Positions 56,462 through 64,000 of a stretch of DNA of 64,000 bases are shown in pieces; position 1 is the stretch's first letter; each line of letters begins with the position of its first letter. The notes beneath the pieces are model-generated. The model ran no database searches and was not told the DNA's origin. It saw only the letters and a list, made by a program, of their open reading frames with translations. Both the position numbers and the translations under genes were made by a program. Source of the stretch: Anaerolineales bacterium (GTDB taxonomy: Bacteria; Chloroflexota; Anaerolineae; Anaerolineales; UBA6663); contig JBGAJV010000010.1 of NCBI GenBank assembly GCA_044224715.1, forward strand, positions 13,619-77,618. Direction: 5' to 3'.

Positions 56462-59400
56462 TCAAGCCGGATCAACCGAGATCGTCTGCCAGGCGACCGC
56501 GCCGGCCACGTCCAACCAACACAAGTGGGCCGTGGCCGGTCGGCCCAGCAGTCGAGCGACGGCGTCGACATAGCCCGTGAGCTGCGGTCCGTAGTCGTCA
56601 CGGATCAGATCGGCCCCGTCGTCGAGACTGGCCAGGGAATCGGTCTTGAAGTCGACGATCTGCCACTGCCCCAGCGCATCTTGATACAGCACGTCGATCA
56701 CACCGGCGCCGACACCCGTTTGGGCGTAAGGCACTTCGTGATAGAGCTGGCCGTCGCGATGCGCGGCGTTGAGATCAACCCACGCCGGATCGGCCCGCAA
56801 GCGCTCGAGCAGCTCGGCCGCCCGCTCAAGATGCGGCTGGACCTGCTCGGTATCGATCAAACGGGCGGCACGGGCGGAGGCCGCCAACAATTCGTTGAAG
56901 CCGACGTCGCCGGGGAATCGCCAGCGCCGCACCGCTTCGTGCACCAGGTTCCCGACGATGGTGCCATCGACGTGGGCCAGACGCCGGGTGGTGCGGTGCG
57001 AGCGCTCCTCGGACTCGCCCCGAGCCTTACGATCCCCGGTCTTGCGGGTGTCGCCGGCGCGCCGCACCGGCGCCGTGAGCGGGACGACCGGCGTCGATGA
57101 CATCCCAATCTCGGGCTGCAGCGGGTCGGCGGCCGTCAGATCGACCGTGGCGCACACGACGCCGGAAACCGGCTCGCCGCACGGCAGCGTGGTCGTCTTC
57201 GGCTGGCCGGGCTGAACAGCGAGCGCGTCCAGGTCGAGGCCGGCAGCGGCGCCAAGCGTGGTGAGCCAGGTCGTGCCGCGCTTGGCCAGATGGCCCGACA
57301 CCAGCAGCACTTCCTGCGCGCGCGTGGCCGCCACGTAGAGCAGCCGCGCCTCCTCGGCGTCCTCATGCGCGGCCGAGAGGTGCATGGCCAGGCGGTAGGC
57401 CAGGCCGCGTGTCTTCAAGCGCGGCGGCGCCAGAGCCGGGCCGAGCTCGCGCGTCAGCACCAGCGGCCCGCCGACCGTGCGCGGGCTGTAGCCCGCATCG
57501 GCCAGGACGACCACCGGGAACTCGAGCCCCTTGGCCTTGTGGACCGTGAGCAACCGCACCGCGCCGCCCGCGTCGCTGGGCGCCTCACCCTCGCGCGCCC
57601 CGACGTCGCGCAACGATGTGACCTGATCGAGGAAGTCGGTCAACTGGGTCTTTCCGCTCTCATGGGCGTCGGCCAGCAGCTTGTCGAGGTTGCGGCGTAG
57701 ACGCGCGCCGCCGGGCAGGCCGGCCAGCGCGGCGACGTACTGGGTTTCATCGAGCAGACGCTTGATCAGTTCGGCCACCGACACGCGATCGACGGCGGCC
57801 TGCAGACCCGTCAGGATCGCGGCAGCGCGCCTGGCCCGAGCCGCTTCGGCCGGGTCGAGCGCGCCGAGGTCGCCCTGGAGCGCGGCCCATGGCGCGATCG
57901 GCCCCGATCGATCCAAGGGCCAGCGCAGCGCATAGAGCGCGGCGTCACTCAGGCCGAACATCGGCGACCGCAAGGCGCCCGTCAGGGCCAGGTCATCCCA
58001 GGGATCCGCGATGGCGGCGAGCACGTTGACCAGGTCGCGGATCTCCGGGCGATCAAAGAAACCGCGACCCGCGATGGTGACGAACGGGATCCCGGCGGTC
58101 TCCAGGGCCGCTTCGTAATACGGAAAGCCCGTCGACGCCCGGAACAACAGCGCGATCTCGTCCCAGCGCACGCCGGAGTTGTGCAGGTCGGCTAGTTCGC
58201 GCGCCAATGCCGCCGCCGCGAGCGCGCGGCCCTCAACGCCGGTCTCGCCCTGCGCGGCGACGAAACGAATATGCGGTCCCGCAAGCCGCGGTCCACTCGA
58301 CCGCCCCGCGCGCAGCGGCGCAAACGGGATGCGCGACGACCCGGGCGCGACGCCGTCGAGCACGACCCCCGTCAGGTCGTTGATCGCGGCTACAAGCGGG
58401 GCATGCGCGCGGTACGTGCGATCGAGCGCGAGCGCGAGGCCGCCGCGACCGACGATGTCGACGCCCAGATCGCGAAAGACGCTGACGTCCGCGCCGCGGA
58501 ACCGATAGATGCTTTGTTTGGCGTCGCCGACGATGAAGAGCCGGCCGCGGCGATCCTCCGCGGCGCCCGCCAGCGCCTCGACGATCTCGCGCTGGCGACC
58601 GTTCGTGTCCTGGAACTCGTCGATCAGGAGCGAGTCGATCTGGCTCTGCCAGCGCGCGCGAATAGAATCACGGCGCAGCAGCTCGGTCGCCTTCAGTTCG
58701 AGGTCATCGAAGTCCAGCGTCTGTCGGATGTCCTTCTCCGCCAGATAGGCCGTCGTCGCCTGAACGTAGACTTCGGCCAGCAACGTCAGCAACGCGCCGA
58801 GCGCGCCCTCGGCCTGCGGGTCGGGCGGCGGGTCAGCCTTTTGCGCGCCACCGAGCCACCCGTTCAGGCGGGCATCGTAAGCCTCTTTGACGGCTCGCAA
58901 GGCGGCGCGCGCGCGGCTGGTCTTGCTCCCGGCGCTGCCGCCGCACTCGCGGCGCACGGCATACAACGCGCCGAGCAAGGGCCAGAGCGCCCCGCCCGCC
59001 AACGCCGCCTCGGCCTGGTCCCACGCCGCGATAAACGCAAGCGTCTGCGGCAACAGTTTGTCGCCGGCGTCGGCCTTCAGCCGCCCGTCGCTCTGAAGCG
59101 CGCGCAGCTCGACGATCGGATCGCCAAGCGTGGTGACGAACGCGCGCGCCTCGCGCAGCGCCGTCGCCTCCCAGGCCCTTGCCGCATCGGGCCGGGTCAG
59201 GACCAGGTCCGCGTCGAGCCGATTCTCGAGCAACGTGACGAGCACGGCCTGCAGGCCCTCGCCGCCAAAGGCGTCGAACAGCGGCCCGAACCGGGGTTGC
59301 TCGCCAGCCCATTGCGCCGCGCGGTCGGCGACCCGATCGCGCAGTTGCAGCGCGTCGCCCTCATCCAGCACGGCGAAGCGCGGGTCGATCCCGGCCTCGG

Positions 59401-59761
59401 CCGGATGCGCGCGCAGGATGGCCGCGCACAGCCCATGGATCGTGCCGATGCGAGCCGTGTCGATCTCAGCCTCGACGTCGGCCCAATACGCGCGGGCATC
59501 GGGCGGACACGGACCGTCGCGCCAGGCCGCGATCTCGGAGCGGATGCGGTTGCGCATCTCGCGCGCCGCCTTCTCGGTGAACGTGATCGCCGCCAGCGCG
59601 CGCGGACGATGATTCTCGCCGAGCAACGTGATGAAGCGGGCCGCGAGCGTGCGCGTCTTGCCGGAGCCGGCGCCGGCCATGACAGCGACGTCGACGCCGC
59701 GGGCCAGGGCCGCTTCGCGTTGCGCGTCCTGTAGTTTGAAGAAGTCGATCAGGGCTTGCAT
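56462..59761 (-). CDS. addA: ATP-dependent helicase/nuclease subunit A (UvrD-like helicase plus C-terminal PD-(D/E)XK nuclease)
   Basis: ATG 59761 lies 2 nt after the addB stop. The Walker A motif is AGAGSGKT. UvrD motifs are present throughout. The C-terminus has the IVDFKTD nuclease motif. Confidence 0.85.
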   Translation of the reverse strand: MQALIDFFKLQDAQREAALARGVDVAVMAGAGSGKTRTLAARFITLLGENHRPRALAAITFTEKAAREMRNRIRSEIAAWRDGPCPPDARAYWADVEAEIDTARIGTIHGLCAAILRAHPAEAGIDPRFAVLDEGDALQLRDRVADRAAQWAGEQPRFGPLFDAFGGEGLQAVLVTLLENRLDADLVLTRPDAARAWEATALREARAFVTTLGDPIVELRALQSDGRLKADAGDKLLPQTLAFIAAWDQAEAALAGGALWPLLGALYAVRRECGGSAGSKTSRARAALRAVKEAYDARLNGWLGGAQKADPPPDPQAEGALGALLTLLAEVYVQATTAYLAEKDIRQTLDFDDLELKATELLRRDSIRARWQSQIDSLLIDEFQDTNGRQREIVEALAGAAEDRRGRLFIVGDAKQSIYRFRGADVSVFRDLGVDIVGRGGLALALDRTYRAHAPLVAAINDLTGVVLDGVAPGSSRIPFAPLRAGRSSGPRLAGPHIRFVAAQGETGVEGRALAAAALARELADLHNSGVRWDEIALLFRASTGFPYYEAALETAGIPFVTIAGRGFFDRPEIRDLVNVLAAIADPWDDLALTGALRSPMFGLSDAALYALRWPLDRSGPIAPWAALQGDLGALDPAEAARARRAAAILTGLQAAVDRVSVAELIKRLLDETQYVAALAGLPGGARLRRNLDKLLADAHESGKTQLTDFLDQVTSLRDVGAREGEAPSDAGGAVRLLTVHKAKGLEFPVVVLADAGYSPRTVGGPLVLTRELGPALAPPRLKTRGLAYRLAMHLSAAHEDAEEARLLYVAATRAQEVLLVSGHLAKRGTTWLTTLGAAAGLDLDALAVQPGQPKTTTLPCGEPVSGVVCATVDLTAADPLQPEIGMSSTPVVPLTAPVRRAGDTRKTGDRKARGESEERSHRTTRRLAHVDGTIVGNLVHEAVRRWRFPGDVGFNELLAASARAARLIDTEQVQPHLERAAELLERLRADPAWVDLNAAHRDGQLYHEVPYAQTGVGAGVIDVLYQDALGQWQIVDFKTDSLASLDDGADLIRDDYGPQLTGYVDAVARLLGRPATAHLCWLDVAGAVAWQTISVDPA

Positions 59762-59763
59762 GG

Positions 59764-62700
59764 TCAGCGCTCCGGCCTGTAGCGCCAGCAGAACGCGGCT
59801 GCCGGGCAATAGGCGGGGCAGCCGTCTCGCGGCGGCTCCGGCACGAAACGCCCGGAGCGGATCCCCGCCACCGAACGCGCGATATGGGTCGCGGCCAAGC
59901 CAATGGCGCCGGCCACGCCGCGGTGATCACGACCGGCGTCGTCGGTGAACGCGAAGTCGGCCAGCCGCAAACGCCCGGCCTCGCCCCGCCGCAGCGCCCA
60001 GTACAACCCGTCGACGGGCTCGCCCAGCGCAAGGTCTTGCGCGGCGGCCGCGTACAGCGGAAGCTGCAGCCGAGTGCCGTCGAGCAAGGCCTGCGGATCG
60101 AGATGGCTCGCGCCGGTCTTGTAGTCGATCACGCGGATCTCGCCGGCGGCGTTGCGATCGACCCGATCGATCACGCCGCGCACGCGCACGGCGCCCTTGG
60201 GCGTGTCGAGGGTCAGACGCGCGAAGCGCTGTTCGAACGCGACCGGGGCGAACCCATCGGCAGCCGCATCGAGCCCGCGAATCGAACCCTCGAGCCAGGC
60301 CAGGAGCTCGGCCTGTTGCCGCGCCCAGAGGCTTGTAGGGCGAAACCCCAGATCGCGCGGCGCGCTCGCGAACAACGGCGCGGCCACGGTGGGCAGAGCC
60401 GCGACGACGGCCTCGACCTCGGTCGTCCCGGCCGCCGTGTACACGCGTTCGAGGATGGCATGCAGGAGCGTGCCGATCTGGGCCGCGTCCAACCCGAGCT
60501 GCGGCGGATCGCGCGGCTCGAGGCCAAGCGCCGATGCGACGAAGAACCGGTAACCACAGGCGCCGTAAGTTTCGAGACGGCTTGGGCTCCAGGTGTGCGT
60601 CGGGCCGAAGCGATCGGCGAAACGCGCGGCCTGGCTCCGCAGATCCCCGTCGTACGGGCTGCCGTTATCGGGGGCCAGCCGGGCAGTCAACACGGCGCGC
60701 TGGTGGCGCAGCAGTGACAATCGCTCGGCGAGATCGGCCCCGACCGGGTCGATCGCGGCGACGTCCTCCAGCGCTTCGACCATCGAGGCAGCTTCGACCC
60801 ACGGCCGCGAGTCGCCCTGGCGCACGCGCGCGACTGGGATGTCGAACAACCCGCGCGCGGCCTGCCAGAACGGCGACGGCTGCCAGGCTTCACCGTCTTC
60901 AGCCAGGTATGGGCGAGTCAGCAGCAGGAAACGATCGGCGCGGGTCACCGCCTCGTAGAACAGCGATTGCTGGTCGCTGCGCAGACGCGGCTCGAGCCGC
61001 AGACCTTGCTCCTGCAGACCGGCGCGTTCTTCGTCGGAAAGGAAGGGATCTTCGGTGAGCGGCGCAGGGAAAAGTCCCTCGGCCAAACCCAGCACGGCGA
61101 CGGCCTCGTAAGGCACACCGCGCGCGAGACGCAGATCCATGGCCGTGATCGCATCGGTCTGACGAGGTTCGGTGCGATACCGCGCCGCAGCGACCGCGCC
61201 GCGAAGCTCGGCGTAGAACTCGGCGAACGTCAACGTGCGCGCGCGGCCAAAGACGTCGTCGCTCAAGATGAGAGCAGCGAAGATCGCGCGCAGGCCCTCG
61301 AACGCCGCATGGTCGCGCGGACGCGTCTCGGCGTTCTGCAGCAGCGCGGTCTCGATCCGCAACGCGTCGATCAGATCCTCGGCCCAGACGACGTGGTCGC
61401 GCAGGCTCGCGACGGGTAGCGGCGTCACCCGCGCCAGCAGCGCCAGCAGTCCGTCACCAAGCGCGCGGGCGGCGTCGCCGCGGGGCAGGCTCGGCGGCGC
61501 GTCCTCGGCGTCAAGCTCGGCGAAGTCCCGCACGGCGCCCGGGTCCTCGGCGAGGATGTCGAACGCCTCGCGCCACTGGGCGAGACCCGCGATCACCTGC
61601 CCCGCGCGCGAGGCGGCGTCGAGGCGGGCCGCGTCGTGGCGCGTAAGACCGAAGCCGCTCAGATCGACGTACGGCGAGCGCACCAGATCGAGCACGGGGC
61701 GTCGTGCCCATTCGTTGACCGGCAGCCCGACCGCGATCAGAAAGGCCGCGACGGCCGGGTTGGTCTCCAAAGCGGCGCCAGCGGCGATCGCCAGCGGCAG
61801 GTCGAATTCGCGCGCGGCCTCGGCCAGATACGGCGCGTAGGGCGTCAGGTCCCGCGCGATCACGGCGCAGCCCGAGAGCGCCACGTCGTCGCGCAGGTGG
61901 CGGGCCTTGAGCCAGCGCAGAGCCTCGCGGGCTTCGAGCGCCTGGCTCTGGGCTTCGAGCAACGAGACCGCGGGCTGCGGTGTGTGCACCGACACAGGGC
62001 TCGGCGCGGTGGAGGCGTCAGCCGAAGGCACAAAGAGCAGATCTGCCAGGCGCCGTAGTTGTGTCGGGCGGCTCTGCCGCGTCGGGAGGGTCCGGGTCGT
62101 CAGCGCCAGACCCTCGGCGACCAGCGCGTCGCGCGTCGTGCGGAAGCGGCGATAGGCGCTGCGCGAGAGGTCGCCCTCGCCCATCAGCGTCAGCGCCAGC
62201 GAACCGGCGCGCACGTCCAGGACCTTGAGCATCTCGCGCTGCGTGGCCGTGAACGAGTCGAACCCGTCGACCACGACATGCCAGCCGACGCACACGTGCT
62301 CGTGGCGTTGCAGCGCCTCGATCGCCAGCCAGCCCCGGCCCTCGGCGTCGGCCCAATCGGTGCGGATCAACGCGTCCTGATAGCGCGCATACGCGGTCGC
62401 CAGTTCGATCAAACGCGGACCCGACTCCGCCACGACGTCGGCCAGACGGGCCGGATCGACCCGCGATCGCTTGAGTTCGGCGAACAAGTCGTTGAGCGCG
62501 AGCGTCAGGCCGGGGCGCCGGCGGATCGCGCCGTAGTGTCGCAACCAACCTTCATCGGCAAGTTGATCGAGGACGGATTGGATCAGGCGATGCAGCACAG
62601 GCTCCGGCGCGATCGCAAGGGGGCGATCGGCCAGCGCCAGCACTTCGGTGTACAGGTCGTCGAACGTGCCGACGCGCACGCCGAAGGCGCCGCCGGCCGT

Positions 62701-62856
62701 CAAGAGGCGTCTCCGAAAGGCGGCGGTCTGATGACCGTCGGGGAGCAGCGCCCAGGTGGGGGTGAACGGCGCCGAACGCGTCAACTCACGGACGCGCTCG
62801 ACACAGACCTGGGTCTTGCCGCTGGCGGCGGGGCCGATCCAGAGCGTGGCGGGCAT
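59764..62856 (-). CDS. addB: ATP-dependent helicase/nuclease subunit B with Fe-S cluster nuclease domain
   Basis: Start MPATLWIGPAASGKT. The C-terminal nuclease has VIDYKTG and the Cys set GACGYRF ... CPAYCPAAAFC. Confidence 0.8.
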   Translation of the reverse strand: MPATLWIGPAASGKTQVCVERVRELTRSAPFTPTWALLPDGHQTAAFRRRLLTAGGAFGVRVGTFDDLYTEVLALADRPLAIAPEPVLHRLIQSVLDQLADEGWLRHYGAIRRRPGLTLALNDLFAELKRSRVDPARLADVVAESGPRLIELATAYARYQDALIRTDWADAEGRGWLAIEALQRHEHVCVGWHVVVDGFDSFTATQREMLKVLDVRAGSLALTLMGEGDLSRSAYRRFRTTRDALVAEGLALTTRTLPTRQSRPTQLRRLADLLFVPSADASTAPSPVSVHTPQPAVSLLEAQSQALEAREALRWLKARHLRDDVALSGCAVIARDLTPYAPYLAEAAREFDLPLAIAAGAALETNPAVAAFLIAVGLPVNEWARRPVLDLVRSPYVDLSGFGLTRHDAARLDAASRAGQVIAGLAQWREAFDILAEDPGAVRDFAELDAEDAPPSLPRGDAARALGDGLLALLARVTPLPVASLRDHVVWAEDLIDALRIETALLQNAETRPRDHAAFEGLRAIFAALILSDDVFGRARTLTFAEFYAELRGAVAAARYRTEPRQTDAITAMDLRLARGVPYEAVAVLGLAEGLFPAPLTEDPFLSDEERAGLQEQGLRLEPRLRSDQQSLFYEAVTRADRFLLLTRPYLAEDGEAWQPSPFWQAARGLFDIPVARVRQGDSRPWVEAASMVEALEDVAAIDPVGADLAERLSLLRHQRAVLTARLAPDNGSPYDGDLRSQAARFADRFGPTHTWSPSRLETYGACGYRFFVASALGLEPRDPPQLGLDAAQIGTLLHAILERVYTAAGTTEVEAVVAALPTVAAPLFASAPRDLGFRPTSLWARQQAELLAWLEGSIRGLDAAADGFAPVAFEQRFARLTLDTPKGAVRVRGVIDRVDRNAAGEIRVIDYKTGASHLDPQALLDGTRLQLPLYAAAAQDLALGEPVDGLYWALRRGEAGRLRLADFAFTDDAGRDHRGVAGAIGLAATHIARSVAGIRSGRFVPEPPRDGCPAYCPAAAFCWRYRPER

Positions 62857-62862
62857 CCCCCT

Positions 62863-62868
62863 ATTATC
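62863..62868 (-). promoter_or_regulatory. -10-like GATAAT, 6 nt upstream of addB ATG (leaderless architecture)
   Basis: The reverse complement reads gaGATAATagggggATG. Confidence 0.4.
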
Positions 62869-62954
62869 TCGGAAATCGAAGGCAGGGTCAGGCAGGGCTT
62901 CGTGCCACAAATGTCACGAGTTGGCGTAACGGTTCAACCGTCAACGGGAAACAA

Positions 62955-63021
62955 GGCGAAAAACGGGATAGGCCCAGGGTCGGGGCGAAGCCTCGACCCT
63001 GGGCCTATCCCGTTTTTCGCC
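62955..63021 (-). terminator. Very long perfect inverted repeat / terminator downstream of the URO-D-like gene
   Basis: 28-bp perfect arms (62955-62982 / 62994-63021). The stem extends through a G-U pair plus a 3-bp ggc/gcc stem to a GAA loop. A TTGTTT tract follows on the minus strand. Confidence 0.65.
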
Positions 63022-63081
63022 CAACTTCCTGCTGGCTGAGCAGCGACTCTCAAAAAACGAACGCCCGGCTCGGCCTCTCCG

Positions 63082-64000
63082 TCAGGCCTGGAGAACCCGC
63101 AGGGCCGGATCGTACATGGCGATCACGTTGGCGATCGGCGTGTCGGGCTGGATGTGGTGCGAGCTGCACAGGATATAGCCGCCGCCCGGGCCCAGCTGCT
63201 TGACGCGCTCGCGCACCTCGGCCTGCACCTGCTGCGGCGTGCCCTTTGGCAGCGTGCGCATGATGTCGACGCCGCCGTGGAAGGCCAGCTTGCCCCCGAA
63301 CTCGGTCTTGATCGCGTCGAGGTCCATGTCCTTCGCGTCGGGCTGCAGCGGATTGAGCAGGTCGACGCCCATATCGATCAACTCGGGCAGCATCTGGCGG
63401 ATCGCGCCGTCCGTGTGATACATGACGGGCTTGCCGTACTTGTGGGCGAGCTCGATCAACTGGACGTGATGCGGGCGCACGTACTGGCGCCACATCTTCT
63501 TCGAGATCAACAGGGACTGTTGCGTGGCGATGTCGTCGTAGAAGTACACCATGTCGAGCCGATCGCCGGCGACGTCGAGCAGTCGGCGCAGGTTCTCGAG
63601 CAGGATCTCGGTCATGCGATCCATGATGTACATCGGCAGCGCAGGTCGGCTGGCGAGGTCGATCATGAACTCTTCGAGCCCGCGCAACTGCCAGCCGAGC
63701 TCGAAGATCGACCCGATGCGGAACCGGAAATGGTACGGCGTGTGTGCGTCGAGCGCCTGCATGATCGTCGGCACCGGCGAGAAATCCCACCAATCGGGCT
63801 CCGGCCACGGATGGCGTTTGAGATCCTCGACCGATGTCGCCTGGCTGAGCGGCCAGGTCTTGAAGCCCTCGTACGCGCCGACGGCCGTCTCCATCTTGTA
63901 GCTGTGCGTGCTCCAGATGTCGTTGAAGGTGTCGTCGGGGTTGACCTGCCGCCACATCCGGTTGGGCGTCGAGCGGTTCATCGAGATCCACCAATCGACG
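63082..64000 (-). CDS. Uroporphyrinogen decarboxylase (URO-D)-family protein / MtaA-like methyltransferase family, N-terminus probably outside the window
   Basis: Contains DMVYFYDDIATQQSLLISKKMWRQYV, VMYHTDGAI, LNPLQP and YILCSSHHIQPDTP. The frame stays open upstream of Met 63981 to the window edge. Confidence 0.75.
   Translation of the reverse strand, partial: VDWWISMNRSTPNRMWRQVNPDDTFNDIWSTHSYKMETAVGAYEGFKTWPLSQATSVEDLKRHPWPEPDWWDFSPVPTIMQALDAHTPYHFRFRIGSIFELGWQLRGLEEFMIDLASRPALPMYIMDRMTEILLENLRRLLDVAGDRLDMVYFYDDIATQQSLLISKKMWRQYVRPHHVQLIELAHKYGKPVMYHTDGAIRQMLPELIDMGVDLLNPLQPDAKDMDLDAIKTEFGGKLAFHGGVDIMRTLPKGTPQQVQAEVRERVKQLGPGGGYILCSSHHIQPDTPIANVIAMYDPALRVLQA

Noticed and set aside
55470-56573. 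367-aa ORF taken as an intact gene
   Set aside because: Only its middle third carries SDR homology. The 5' part overlaps the chemoreceptor promoter region. The 3' part is out of frame relative to the true SDR C-terminus, which lies in the 55904..56392 frame. I interpret the locus as a pseudogene instead.
56462-62856. addB-addA considered as a candidate novel helicase-nuclease defence system
   Set aside because: Gene order, the Walker A motifs, the two PD-(D/E)XK (hhDYKT) motifs and the AddB Cys4 Fe-S signature all fit canonical AddAB recombinational repair. No additional defence-associated genes are adjacent.

Overview
This is a GC-rich bacterial chromosomal window (third codon positions are mostly G/C). 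Its style looks Chloroflexota-like, but that is a low-confidence inference from gene content. I support about 45 protein-coding genes, one degraded pseudogene, several rho-independent terminators, a set of -10 promoter elements, and one dispersed palindromic repeat present in two copies. I recognised no rRNA, tRNA, CRISPR array, transposase or integrase.

Housekeeping genes present:
- Translation and RNA modification: cysS (3' part), an rlmB-like methyltransferase, gatC, gatA and gatB.
- Metabolism and redox: an acyl-CoA carboxyltransferase, bcp, and a quinone oxidoreductase.
- DNA metabolism: addB-addA and a short DnaE2-like polymerase.

The dominant feature is a set of eight polytopic membrane proteins that resemble GT-C glycosyltransferases, spread between 1 kb and 42 kb. 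They look like YfhO/PTPS-related, ArnT/PMT (GT39)-like and DUF2029/GT87-like families. Five of them carry 1-3 copies of the same ~110-120 aa C-terminal module, 11 copies in total. A GT2 polyprenyl-phosphate-sugar-synthase-like gene and a secreted beta-helix/IPT protein lie alongside them. Two of the eight are translationally coupled to gatB.

Other notable items:
- Many start codons sit exactly 6 nt after a TAnnnT -10 hexamer, which predicts leaderless mRNAs.
- A Cheo-box-like palindrome covers the start of the DnaE2-like gene.
- A small acidic-tailed ORF precedes a SARP/AAA/TPR regulator and lies opposite a C39-like peptidase.
- There is an orphan globin-coupled chemoreceptor and a decayed SDR pseudogene.

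All family assignments come from motif recognition by eye and need HMM or BLAST confirmation.
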